Below are positions 12,111 to 25,019 of a DNA stretch of 64,000 nt, piece by piece (within the stretch, counting starts at the first letter, position 1; the number at the start of each line of letters is the position of its first letter). The notes beneath the pieces are model-generated. The model was not told the DNA's origin, ran no database searches, and saw nothing but the letters and a program-made list of their open reading frames with translations. A program made the position numbers and the translations under genes. Location: NCBI RefSeq assembly GCF_009914755.1, contig NC_060935.1. One strand, written 5' to 3'. The stretch comes from the human T2T-CHM13v2.0 reference genome, Homo sapiens.

Positions 12111-13039
12111 CAAGCCCAAGAGCCTGTCAGTCTCCTACCCTAGAGAGAGGAGGGGACTTGCATAAGGTCACACACAGAGGCAGATCCAGGCCTGCAACTC
12201 AAGACTCACTGCTCCTAGCCCATGCTCTTTCTCTGAGGAGCCATCCCTCATGCTGCTCTGTGAGTCCTTGTTCCAGTGACACAGTGCCAGTCTGGGGGGC
12301 GGGGAGCGGGTGGAAATCACGCCTTGGTACGTGGTGGTTTACTCTCATCTCTGCTGGGCTGATCCAGCTGCTGATGGTGAGAGAACCAGTGCTTTTAAGA
12401 GGCCTTCATGCGTGATCCCATGGAACAGTGAGTTCAGTCTGGCCAGCCTCATAGGCTGCCAGCCAGTAGGGAGACCCCCACGGCCCTGAAGAGCAATTAG
12501 GGGCTGAAAGAAAGGGAAGGAATGCCTCTGTGACGCCAAACCCAGCAGAGCGTGGCTGGTCTGCACAGGATTGTGGGTTGGGTAGGAGCTGGAGAGCCTG
12601 ATTCCTGTCCCAACAGGAAGCCGCCCATAAGGCCCTTCTGCGGCTGAGCATACAGGAGAGGCCTTTCTCTCTGTTGTTCTGCGCACTGGCCAGAAACTGC
12701 TAGGTCTGGAGTCCAGCCTGTTCTGCATGGCAACAATTACACAGAAGATTACATTGGAATCGTCTGGCCTTGTAGGAATTACCCAGATAGTTACAGTGCC
12801 TGTGAAAGTCTTCCCTTTCATTCCTGTTCTCTCCATCACTCTTTCTTCCTATGCCTGCTCTTTCTCTCCATCCCTCTCCCCTTCTGCCATTCATTGATCC
12901 ATTGATTCAAGAGGCATGTGGCACATCAGGGGCTTGAGGCAGACAGGCCTGAGTGTGAGCTTGTCTTCTCCTTTTAATATCAGGTGGATGAGACTTCCTC
13001 TCTCTTGGCCATTGTTGTAAATCTAAAAGAGTCAAAAAC

Positions 13040-13790
13040 TGTGGTCAAGTTACTTAACCCTTGTGAGCCTCAGTTTTCCTATCTGTGATTTCAACTGTTT
13101 CACAAGGTTATAATATTTAAATTATAATATATGCAGGATATTTACCTCAGTGCCTGACACACAGTAAATACTCATTTGTATTTTTTAAAAGATGGGATAT
13201 AGGCAACTTCATATGGTTTATCCATTATTTTGGTAGCTTCAGCAAAGCTGCCATACCAAATCTCTTTGAGCTTTTGTATCTTTAACCTTTAAACAGTGAC
13301 AGTGTCTACCTTATAGAGCTGTTGTATAGATTAAATGAGCTAATATGTGTAAAGTGCTACTGGTAAGCACCCAACCACTGGTGGCTATTTTTGTTCATTC
13401 ATTCATTCTACAGATGGTCATGGACTAAGAACCGTGTGCTAGGCCATGTGTGAGGTGCTGGGAGTAGAGAGATGGGTCAAAAAGCTCTCACCTTCAAAAA
13501 TTTACTGTCCTGTAGGGTTCAGAGGTAAGAGGCTTGAGAATATTCTGTTATGGGGAAAGCAGTGAAGCTTCCAAACTGCTGGACTGAAACTTAGCATCTT
13601 AAGTGGGGAGAGCATTTATTGAGCATCTACTCTGTACCATGTACAACACACATGTTATTTCATTGAGCTCTTGACATTCCTCTAAGGCAAGTACGATGTG
13701 AGGAAACAGTGGCTCAGAGATTGAAAGTGGCTTGCCAATGTCTATCTAACTGGGTTTCATTATCTTTTACTCTACACAGCTACTTCAGGG
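13040..13790. mobile_element. Cluster of MIR (+, ~13040-13180 and ~13260-13390), L2 (-, ~13395-13560) and MIR (-, ~13610-13790)
   Basis: CAAGTTACTTAACC...GCCTCAGTTTTCCTATCTGT; TTCATTCATTCATTC L2 tail; GAGGAAACAGTGGCTCAGAGA. Confidence 0.7.
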
Positions 13791-14567
13791 AGCAGAGAGG
13801 TAGAAATCAGATTGATCTGACTGTCAGGAGTTTCTTCTCACTGAGTCACCCATGAGTTGGTAGAGATATTTGGGGCCAGGGGAGACTTCTGACAGGTTTA
13901 GCCTTTTTGCTTGGGACGGGCCATCTGTGATTGAGAAATAACTAGGAAGTTCTCTAGGAGCTGAGGCATGAGCTGAGAATCGTAGAATAATAGTATGAAA
14001 TCTCTTTAGATCCAAGCCCACTCCCCAAAGATGACATGTTAATGAAGGATCCCAGAAAACCACAGGGTCCCCATTTCCTTTGAAAGGGAGTGAACTGAAA
14101 TGGAGTTGTATGCTGCACTGTGATAAACTAATGCTCTTAGAATTTTAGCTATTCTTTGTATGAGCTGCTTTGGCAGGGAAATTAGATATGCGGAATTTTG
14201 AGCTCTGGCCTTATTCAATTTTTAATTAATTTTTGTGTAATAAGCTGTAAGCACATTAATATCAATGAGATACTTTCTGCACGGTGGCTAATATACAGCT
14301 TTAAGGAGCCATGGGTATTGTTTTCCCCTTTATTTGTGTTGAATAAAGATTACTAGTTCTCTAAGTATTATTTGCTGCTTCCTAGAGGCATGGGGAGGCT
14401 GTAAGAGAGGAATTAAATATTTCCAGAAGGTTGGGCTGAAATGCTGTCAGAGATATTTCTTTGAGGGCCAAGAGAAGAGCACTATGTGTGGCATTCATCA
14501 AAGATTTGACTGTCGAAATTAAAGGTTCCTCCACATTCTAAGAAGCGGTCAAATTAGGGATCTATAG

Positions 14568-14912
<345 letters not shown>

Positions 14913-15029
14913 TTAGTTTGGTGTTTTTATAAGAAGATCTAAGCAAGAATTTAAAAATAAAAATATTTAAAGTATTTAGGTTAAATTGGAGTAATTTTGC
15001 TATGTCCCCATAATATGTTGATATTATGG

Positions 15030-15450
15030 GAATTCATTTATTCTTCCATTCAGTCAGTCATTCTATGGTAACCTGGGCATATACTATGCTTGAGGCATTT
15101 TACTAAGCATTATTTAGTACACATTTGTGGAATACAACCTTGTGTTTATAAGACTACGGGCTATTATGGAATAATAAGGCAAAGTGGCAAGGCTCATTAT
15201 AGAGGTGCAAATTAATGCTGGAATAGTTCAGTGAAGAGATTGTTTATAGAAAAAGGTTAAGAAAGTGACTTTTGAACTGGACCTTTAAGGATGAATAGAA
15301 TTGAGTCTCATGCAGAAGGAAAGAAATGTTATTCTTGGAGAAGAGCAGAGCCAATCCATATCTAAGAAGAGTGTAGATAGAGTCACCAAATCCAAGGACA
15401 ATGACAAACGTGCTTTACCATGGACATTGATCATGCTCTTCCCTTCTTCA
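15030..15450 (-). mobile_element. L2 relic
   Basis: ATTCATTTATTC...CATATACTATGCT tail; GTGACTTTTGAACTGGACCTTTAAGGATGAATAGAA. Confidence 0.6.
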
Positions 15451-17234
15451 TGAATGCCTTTTCCTTCTTCCAGCTGGATAGGTACTCTGTGCCCTGCTAG
15501 TCTCTCTTTCATTCCATCCAGAGACAGCCTGCACTAATTCAACTGGCTTGTCTTACATGCGTGGGAACTGAGACCTAGAGAATTAGAGGGGCATGTAGCC
15601 AGTGGTTACAGTCTGGACTAGAACCATATTCTCTGTTTATTTTACGTGGTCCTGCCCCATTATGTCACAGAATAGTGGCCAAGAAACATTATACAATGGA
15701 AAGGTTCAGTGCAACTTCCATTAAATACTAAATTTGGGGACAGGGATGATTCTGGATAATGGAGGATTATCCAGAAAACCATTATGGTTTTAACCCTTCT
15801 TAGTTCTGATCTCTTTTTCACACGTGAATAGGTAGAATATAAGACTCATATTAAATCCCTTTTTGGTTATTGAGGATGTTAAAGGATCCCAGGCCTGTAA
15901 TTCTGAACATCAATTCCCAAGGCTCTTTATTATTGATGTCAAGACCCATATATCTACTAAAAGTTATCATCCAAAGCCCTGAGGTGAGATTGTTTTCTTA
16001 TCTTTTGCCTTGTTTCAATGACACAGAGAAAGAGGGAAGTAGATGGTATTTGAGTTACTGAGAGTTCTGATTTAGCAAGATATTATGGGATATTTCCTGA
16101 AGTTGCGCTGTTTCAGAGAAATGCACCATTTGGACAACTCTAGCTCAGTGATTCTGAGTTGTGGTGAAAGGAGACATGAGTTTGGGATTGGAGAGATTCT
16201 GGGAATGTGGGTCTCAGCAAAATTTGACAGCTTCCTGCCTGGCCTCTCCAGTGCTCCTAGCGTCTCAAGAAACCAGCTTGCCTCACAGCTCTAGATGTAA
16301 AGTGTTGTTTCTTCCCCAAAGAAGGGGTCAGATGGGTCCCAGGGAGTTTCCAGGATGGGGAAGTGCGGCTGGCAGTCTCCAGAGGAATCCAGCTTCCCCA
16401 GGGCATTTAATGGCTTTCTTCCTCATCCCTCTTCTCTGAAAATTTCTGCCATCACAACCTGATACTCCTTGAAGGACTCCATGAAGAAATAAACCAGGGA
16501 TGCTCCTTGGTTACAGAAAAAAAATATTCGCCTTTTTGCTCTAGTCCCTAATTTACAAAGATATTCCCTTGCCAAGCACAACAACATCTACCCACAGTGG
16601 TTCTACTAACAAGGAGGGACTGGTCAGCAGGAATCCTAGTCTCTCATAGGAAACTTGCCAAGAGAGGAATATGTTTTGGGGTTCAGGGAGAGGGAAACCA
16701 AATAGGCCATAGCCATTGAGAACCTCTTTTCAGGCTTAGAGTAAACAGTCCCATCAATTTTTTTTTTTTAGTTGGGGGGCGGGGTTGTCATCAATTTATT
16801 GACTCCTCCCACAACTGCTGTTTTGGCAGGAAAATTTATGTCTCTCTTGAGGACCTATCTGACTCTCAGCCCTACCACACTACCCAGGAACCTAATGATT
16901 TATGCAGTGTGAAGAATCTTCATACTTTCTCCTCTCATCAGAGGGAGCAATGGCATTTGATGAGTTCAGTGCTGCTATTTGCTTCACACAGAGCATCCAT
17001 TTAAGACTGGTCTTGGCACCTCTCTCACTGGAGAAGAGTATTAAAGAAAAACACAAATTAAATCCCTGGCATGGCACCCTGCTACAGTGTGACTGAGACT
17101 TCTTAGCAGCTGACCGGGACACTCTTAGCCTCCAGATTTCCTTTGACTCAATCAATGAAAAACGACCCATATCAAAATAAGCTTTTCCTCCAAGGGAACC
17201 CAAGCTGTGGCTCCTTTGTTCAGTCCCCTCTGCA

Positions 17235-17400
17235 CACATCTGTCAAAGAAATCAAGTCATGTGGCTACTCTGAGTCTCTTTCCTCCCCTGCAGAAAGAGG
17301 ATGGCAATACTCTCACACTTGACGTGGGCTATAAATGAGATAATGCATATAAAGCTCTATGCAGCTCCTGGCGCACAGCAGGCTTGCAATTGTGCTGGTC
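17235..17400 (+). mobile_element. MIR
   Basis: TCTGAGTCTCTTTCCTCCCCTGCAGAAAG...AAATGAGATAATGCATATAAAGC...CCTGGCGCACAG. Confidence 0.65.
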
Positions 17401-17719
17401 CTTCTTCCTTCTGCTTCCCTTTCTTTCTTTTAATAAGAAATAGAAGAGCACATGCAGCTAGGATTACTGAGGAGACACCTGTTATTTTTAACCTGAACCA
17501 TTGCCTAGTTATAGGAGGGCAGCATGTTAAGTGTCAAATAGAACCCAGAAAAAATTCTCACTTTCATCTTCAGAATCCAGGTAGAAAACTCCCAAGGGAA
17601 TCCAGCCTTTGGGACACATGACTTGAAGTCAAATGGCTTCCTGGCTGTGGCACAAATAGTTGTTGTTGTTGTTTTTAATTTCTGGGATGGGGGTCAAGGC
17701 GGGGCGGAATTGCAATCTC

Positions 17720-18210
17720 CCACAGCCATGCCAACAGTGTATTATGAAGATTTAGGGTATTTACCATTCTAACATGTGAAAAATGGCATTTTGATGTGAT
17801 TTTACTTTTTATTTTTTAAATTATGAGTGAAGCCGAATATCTTCCGTACTCAAAAGCCACTTGTATTTCACTGTCTGTGATCTGTCAGTTCATTGCCTAC
17901 AGTTGTTTCTTATTGGGTTGTTGATCATGTACTTATTGATTTCTTAAACTTTTTATATATTGGAGAGCTAATCCCTTTCTGATATGAGTTTGAATCTGCA
18001 TCCCCCCGCTAGTTTGTTTTTTGTGTTTTTGATTGTGTTTGGGGTATTTTTTTTAATGTAGCCAAATCAATCATTCCCTTTAGAACTTCCGGATTCTGGG
18101 TCCAAATTAGAAAGAACTTCTTTACCCTGAGGTTGTAAAAGGATTCTCCAATGATTTCTTCTGCTATTATAATGGGTTTTACAAATACGTTTAAATCTTT
18201 GAGATCTTTC
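17720..18210 (-). mobile_element. Old L1 (L1M) ORF2 C-terminal fragment
   Basis: ORF 18009-18212(-) KDLNVFVKPIIIAEEIIGESFYNL resembles [24 protein letters not shown] of the large L1 ORF2 in this window. Confidence 0.75.
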
Positions 18211-19469
18211 ATGTTTTTAAGAAAACCCAGAAGTCAGGGTTTTTTTTGTTGTTGTTGTTAAATATCCCAATTTTTAATATTGGCAACGAATTTAAAACAC
18301 ACATACACGCATACCATTTCCCAATTTGTTTAAAAGCCTCTGCCCTTTGTCTGTCAGTGTCTGTGGCTTGGAAGGGGTAGCCTAGTGGCTTATCTCAGTA
18401 CTGGGCTTTGAGAGACACTGGAAATTTTGCCAGCTGCAAAGTGGGGCTGAACCAATTAATGTGGGGCCTCACTGAGAATTAGCTCCTTGACGCATTCAAG
18501 CTAGTGTACCTTCTTGGCTGCATTTAATTGGTTTCGCATCCAAAGAGGTAAGTGCTTATCCCTGCTATTACTTACACTGAATTCAGATTTGGATTACCCG
18601 AGTTAGGATAAATGCAGCTTGTGTTCTTCCTTCTAAGTCTTTTGAGATCACTGGTCAATGGTGATACTTGAATGCGAAATTTAATACCTTGAGCAGGAAT
18701 TAAACCTTGAGCTCTATTTGTTTTGCTCTCTTTGGGGAAGTACCTTAGCAGTCATCTTTCCTCTATGCCACCTAGTCATCTTCCTGTCATAAAAATTTCT
18801 AAGCAGAGAATCAGGGTGGGAAGAGAAGGGCTGATCAGTAGGACTGACTGTTAACTTGTGAAATGAGCAGAGGTGTACAAGCTGATTGTGGGAAACTTCT
18901 TTCCCATGTGATTCTTTCTTCATCCATATCAGGAAAGCTGTTGCCTAAGAACCTTGACGTGTGTGCATTATGATAATGTACTTGGAGGCAAAGGTAAGGT
19001 TAGAAACGCCTTCCTGCTAGCTCCACTACACAGCCAAGGAATTCAAAACTGGGTACCTCTAAAACAGAGAGGTCACCTGGGGAGAAGGGGAATGGGGAAG
19101 ACCCTAAATGGACCTCCATCCTTTTCTACCCGATTGCACAAGCTGATTAAGCCCTCTGTGAAGCCTTTCTAGAATCCCCCAGGTGCACTCAGAGTCTTCT
19201 GCTTCTCTTGCCAGATTGGGAGCTCAGTGAGTCCAGAGGTGGTGGTTTCCAGGTGTGTATCCAGCTCTAATCATAGTTCCTGGAGCAGGGCTGGTACTCT
19301 GTGAATTGAAAACTTGTGCCAATGCATTTATTTACTGGGCACTTCTTGGCACGGCCAAGGGGGCCAGGACCAAGTCTAAAGGTCTCCAGTCACTTTTCAG
19401 TTAACCAATCAATAAAGCCTCACTGGGCTATTACGGGAGTGTCCATACACTTCATAGAAGAAAAAAGAC

Positions 19470-19870
19470 TGGCCTGGGGGTCAGGAGATTTTGGTCTCAA
19501 TGTTGATTCTGCCAGTTACCCAGTGAGTGACCTTTGGCAGTAGGACTCCAGTCTCTCTGAACCTCAGTTTCATCTTCTCTAATAGGAGGAAGTTAGACCA
19601 CATCTCTCCACAGTCTCTTCATCTCTGCTGTTCTTCAAGTCTGTTGGTTTAAGGTTGCAGGGAGGGGCCTCTGCTCAGTGATGGCAAATAGAGGAAGAAG
19701 GGAGCACTGTTGGCTGGGCACTCCCAAGTGCTGGACACTTTAAAGATTGACATAACATTTTCATTTTAGTTCTCAAAACACTTCTAGGAGGTGGGCATTT
19801 TGCTCTCCATTTGACAGATGATGAAGAATCTAAGGTTTGGGAAGATTAAGTCCTGAGACCGTGCAACCAG
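19470..19870. mobile_element. MIR (+, ~19470-19640) and MIR (-, ~19700-19870)
   Basis: GTGACCTTTGGCAG...TCTCTGAACCTCAGTTTCATC; CCATTTGACAGATGATGAAG. Confidence 0.7.
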
Positions 19871-21886
19871 TTTGCTGAGTGGCCTGAAGTCAGCAGGATT
19901 TCATCAGGAAAACACATTGTCTTTTCCCACCAGGGCCTCCAAACTCACTTCCCTGTCACTTGGAGAAACATCATTTCCAGTCCCTTTTAGCTATTAGAAA
20001 AAAAGTGGCAGCAGCCTCAACTTGAGTAATTAGAAAGTCTAGCCCAATATAAATGGAAACTTCAATTTCACATTCAGTTTACAAACTTTATCCCTCTCAT
20101 CAGCTCAAACCTGGTCTAGAGTTCAGGGAGCAATGGTGGGCATGAGGAGACCCTGGCTGTCCTTTCACTCTTCAGTTCCACTTCTTACCCACCTGTCCCC
20201 TTACCCCCACCCCTCTCAGTTCTGGCTCCCTAGGGCAGAGCAAGGGAAGGAAGGAATGGGGCAGAGGCCTCTTCATGCAGCTGATGCTCTTTGCACTTCT
20301 CGCTTGGCCATCCAATCACCTTTGCTGGGGCAGTTTCCTAGAGTCAGCTCTTCCATGGAGTATGTGGCAGGCTTTCTGAGAGCCTCGGCATGTGGTCTCT
20401 GCCCCTAAAGCTGACCCGTTTGGTGTCTTCTCCCCTTCTTCAGTCCCCTCTCGCATAGCCTCCTCAGGCTGGGTCCTCTTGAGACAGTTCAAACCCAGCG
20501 ACCCTCACTGGCATTCCCTGTCCCATAAGTACAGTGCACCCTTGCCCTGCGAGGAGGGGAGTGAGCAGCAAGCCTAGCTGCTGACGCCATCCCCTCACCT
20601 GGCTATCACGGCAGCTTCAGCTCATGGGCAGCAATGTTTATTTTACACACACTTTCAAACACCTGGAGACAGAGCAAGTTCTCAAGAACTTTCTCACTTT
20701 GGCCTGCTTCACTAACACCAGGGAGTTGTTTTTGCAAGTTTCTGGAGCTCTGCACACATCCAGTTAAGAAGATATGATGCCAGTCTCCCCTGCCGTGTGG
20801 ATCAGTTGACAGTTGAGGGTAGAGAGCATCACTTTTCTTTGTCCCCTCCAATTCATCTACAGATGTCCGTGGAAAGGTCCGCTCCTCAGAGAAGCTCCAG
20901 CCTCCTCTGACACAGCCTCTTACCCAGGGAGGGTGTTTCCAGGCTAGCTTTGCCATCTTCCAGTAAGTGCTGCAAGTGTGTCAAGCAGCCCTCTAGAACA
21001 TGGGCTACTTGCCACCAATTATCTTTAGCCTGAGGCTTTAGCCAAGATTCAGACACAATAGAAAAAAACTCCCTTCATGGCCTGCTAAACCTTTATAATG
21101 TAAATCTGCCTTATTTTAGCTTTGTTAAAGGCAAAATAGACAGGCAGGTGGAGGGGCATCTCATCCCTGCCTGGAAGCTGCCCACAGCTAGTTTCCACTG
21201 CTGTCCCTCAGCCCTGGTCTGATGGTACCAGGGATAAAGAGTGCATCCCTTCAAGCTGTGCTGAGTTGCTGCTGGTTAAAGCCCGAAGTGGGAATCGGCA
21301 CAGCAGGCTGTTGCTTCCTGGAGCAAGAAGGTAAGCGAAGGTAAGCAGTCATTCTTCTAGTTCTTTGCTGCGTTTAACGACTGCTGAAGCTGGAAGTGTG
21401 ACAGGGCACTGCAGTGTACCCATCTTAGTGTGCCGCAGGAGGAGGTCCTGGGGGTGGGCAAGCATGCTATGCTGAGAAATGAGACCAACCACTGAGCACA
21501 GAAGCCACAAAAAGACCCTGCCTCCATGGTTTTCAAATTTTATTTCTGTTTCAGAAAATATTGTTCCAAGAAACTCTTACCTGGAATTCTGTTGCACTAG
21601 AACAGTTTTTCTGGCCAAAGTGAGGTTGGGGCTGGGTGCTGACCCCATCCTTCTTGGTCTCCTTCCTCTCCTTGTGGTTCTGATAGGGCTGTAAGGAACC
21701 TTTGGAATTTACAGAGCAGAGAGTAACAAACAAACAAACAAATGCCTGGTGTCGGAAGATAGAATTTAGATTAAGAGCAAATTTGCAGGACTGGGACCTT
21801 CTGTAGAGTCTATCAAGATGAAATATAGTAAGCCAAGATTTGCACATATAGGTGCAAGGTAGAGAGTGCTGGCTTAGCAGCAGCTA

Positions 21887-22390
<504 letters not shown>

Positions 22391-22989
22391 TTATTGATTA
22401 GGGGAGAGCATTTGAACTAACCCATAGGCTGATCAGCAGCTGCTAGGACAAACTGCAGCTAAAACATTTCATGACTGAGTTGGTGGTGATTAAGGGAAAA
22501 GATCATATTCTCTCCCTGTGGAAGTGTTGAATTTAAGTCATAGAGAGTATGTTGGGAAAAAAACCACAAATGGCACACTCACAAGAAGGCAGGCAGAAGC
22601 CAAAAGGCGTCATGGACAGTGAGGAGGTGAAAGCCAGGATGAAGCAGCCACTGAGAAGACATGGAGCATGGAGAGCGAGGCAGTGGGGGAGTGGGTGGTA
22701 TGGAGAGCAGCAGAAGTCAACCAGGAAGGAGCTGGGGCCCCCAAGGTACAGCTAGGGTGTCCCTGTAGTGGAGACTGCACTGAATTCTAGATTTCCCTGC
22801 AGGTTTCAAAGCATGTTCCAGTACTAATCCATTCCAGGGTTTCTGTGAGGCCCAGGTTCTTGTGTTCTTTACCCTCATTTGAATCTCCCCAATAACTCTT
22901 ACCGCAGCTGAGGAGAGCTGCTGCTGTCCTCTGAGGCAATTCTTACTTTTCAAAATGCCTCAAACCCAAACACAAGAGTCCAGCTCACC

Positions 22990-23490
22990 CAGAACCACAG
23001 TGTCCTGAAGGCACTGATGTTAACCCCATTCCTTTCCATATTGCTCAAACTGTGGCCAGCTCCTGTCACTTCAGTTTTCACTGGACATTGACAAGCTGGA
23101 GTATGTTCTGAGGAAGAGTCCTGGGAGTTATGCTGTATAGAGGACTTTGGGGCAGAGATAAGGAAAAGATAAGAGTTCAGACTTCAATTCTGTCTTCAAA
23201 TGCCTGAAGGGTCAATATGTAGAGATGGCACTATATTTTGAGAGGATGCCTCTAAAGGGCAGATACAGGACTGAAAAACGGAATGTTTGTGGAGGTCAGT
23301 TTCAGCTTTCTAACTGGAAGTACTCTTTAACACTAGAATGTGTTACTTCATTAAGTGGTGAGCTCCCCATCAAAGAGGGCAAGCAGAACAGGATGCTCTA
23401 CCTGGAATTCTCTAGAGGAAATTTCTGCATTTGATGGGGCACCAACAAGGTAAAGCCCAAGGTGCCCCGCAAGCATGAGATCCTTGGCTT
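22990..23490 (+). mobile_element. L3 / CR1 LINE 3' relic
   Basis: GACATTGACAAGCTGGAG, GTCTTCAAATGCCTGAAGGG, GTGGTGAGCTCCCCATC. Confidence 0.7.
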
Positions 23491-23946
23491 TATTTTGTGC
23501 CTTTTAATAGCAAACAGATATCTGGTCCTGCTGACCTGCCTAAAAGGAGGAAATGAAACTTGTTGACTATTGCTTTTTAGGACTGAATTTGGAAGGAGGC
23601 AAAAACAAATCTATTTTCAGAGCAGCAAATGCCAGCACAATTTACATCAAAACCCCCATCTGCTCAACTGAAAGGCGGTGGTATGGACCAAGCATTTTGT
23701 GAGCCAGCAACAGGCTTGCTTGTTGAAGAATGTTAGCTCCATGGGGAGTCTCTGATTAGGCCCCTGAAGCTAACTGGGGCCTTTATATTAACTTCTTGCA
23801 GTTGTGACCACTGTTGGCAAATTGTATTTCCCCCAATTCAAAGGCAGATCATTGCTTTTCAAAAGATCTCACATCCAATTGAATGTTTAAAGTATTATAT
23901 GCACAAATAAAATCTGTATTAGAGAAAAGTCTCAAAAAATAGAAAT

Positions 23947-24220
23947 GTATTAGAGTAAATAATGCTGGCTGCTGTAAGAGATGAGCCTCAAAATCGCAAT
24001 GGCTTAACACTTCAGCATCTGGCCAATAGGCAAAGGAAGAGAGAGCAAGAAGTATCATGCAGGAAGTGTAGGTGCCAGGCTTGGAAGTAATGACTATTTT
24101 GCACACACTCCATTGGTGCAAACAAATCACATGGCCTCTGTTGGATGAAAGGAGAGTGGAAAATGAGCCAAAAAAAAAAAAGAGGAGAACATGGATATTG
24201 GTGAACACCAGCAGTCTGTT
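23947..24220. mobile_element. Old MaLR LTR fragment (MLT1J/K/L-like)
   Basis: GGCTGCTGTAAGAG...AATGGCTTAACAC...CCATTGGTGCAAACAAATCACATGGCC...GGATATTGGTGAACA. Confidence 0.6.
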
Positions 24221-25019
24221 ATAAGAAACAGAAGATGTGGTTTTCCATGTGTCTCAAGAGATGGATACTACAAATTTATCCATGAAATTGGACCAAGGCA
24301 TCAGATTTTACACACAGTAGATGCTCAGTGGCTGATGAGGTACATATTAAAGATATTAAGGCATCTTGGTCCCTGGAGGGAGAAAGTGGCACTGGGGTTC
24401 ATTTCTGTGTGATTAGGTGATGGAGAACTGAAGCATTTTTAAAAGCAGAATTCATATGTCAGAATGGCCAATGTTTTATTATTGATAATTAGAAAAAGGA
24501 GAATGAAGAAGTTGGAGAGCAAGAAAGGAAGTGAGGAGTTTTTCAGTGTATCCTTGAGAAGAAGAAAGGAGCTGAGTTGCCACCAGAAGCATGGAATCCA
24601 GAGCCAGACTGGACATGAAGCTACCAAGAATGAATACACAGTGATTTATCCCCAGCTTTGGGGCACATTTCTTTTTTAGCTCCTTTAGAAAATAAGTATT
24701 TTAACAGCTCCTAAGGCATTTTCCTCTTTTGCAAAATCAAATTACTCTGAACTGGGAGGTGGAGTCAACACCTTGGCTTTGTTATAAATGAGACTTCAAA
24801 TATCACAAAGATGTTCATTAACATTATACATGGAAATATCAATTGTCACGTGAATCTCTCATATTTTTATGGTCAAAAGAAGCACAGGAAAGAAGCAAAA
24901 GGTTGTGGCTTTTTTTTTTTTTTTTGCCAAGCTCTTTTCAGCAAAGATAAAAACAGCCTTTATTTTCTCAAAATATGTCTCAACTTCTCACACTGATATC
25001 CAGTTCTTTGAAATCTTTT

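Noticed and set aside
11119-12894. Longer ORFs in unique DNA (137 aa, 164 aa), and others such as 37783-, 38393+, 48003-, 59568+
   Set aside because: No recognisable domain, many non-ATG starts, overlapping ORFs on both strands; consistent with chance
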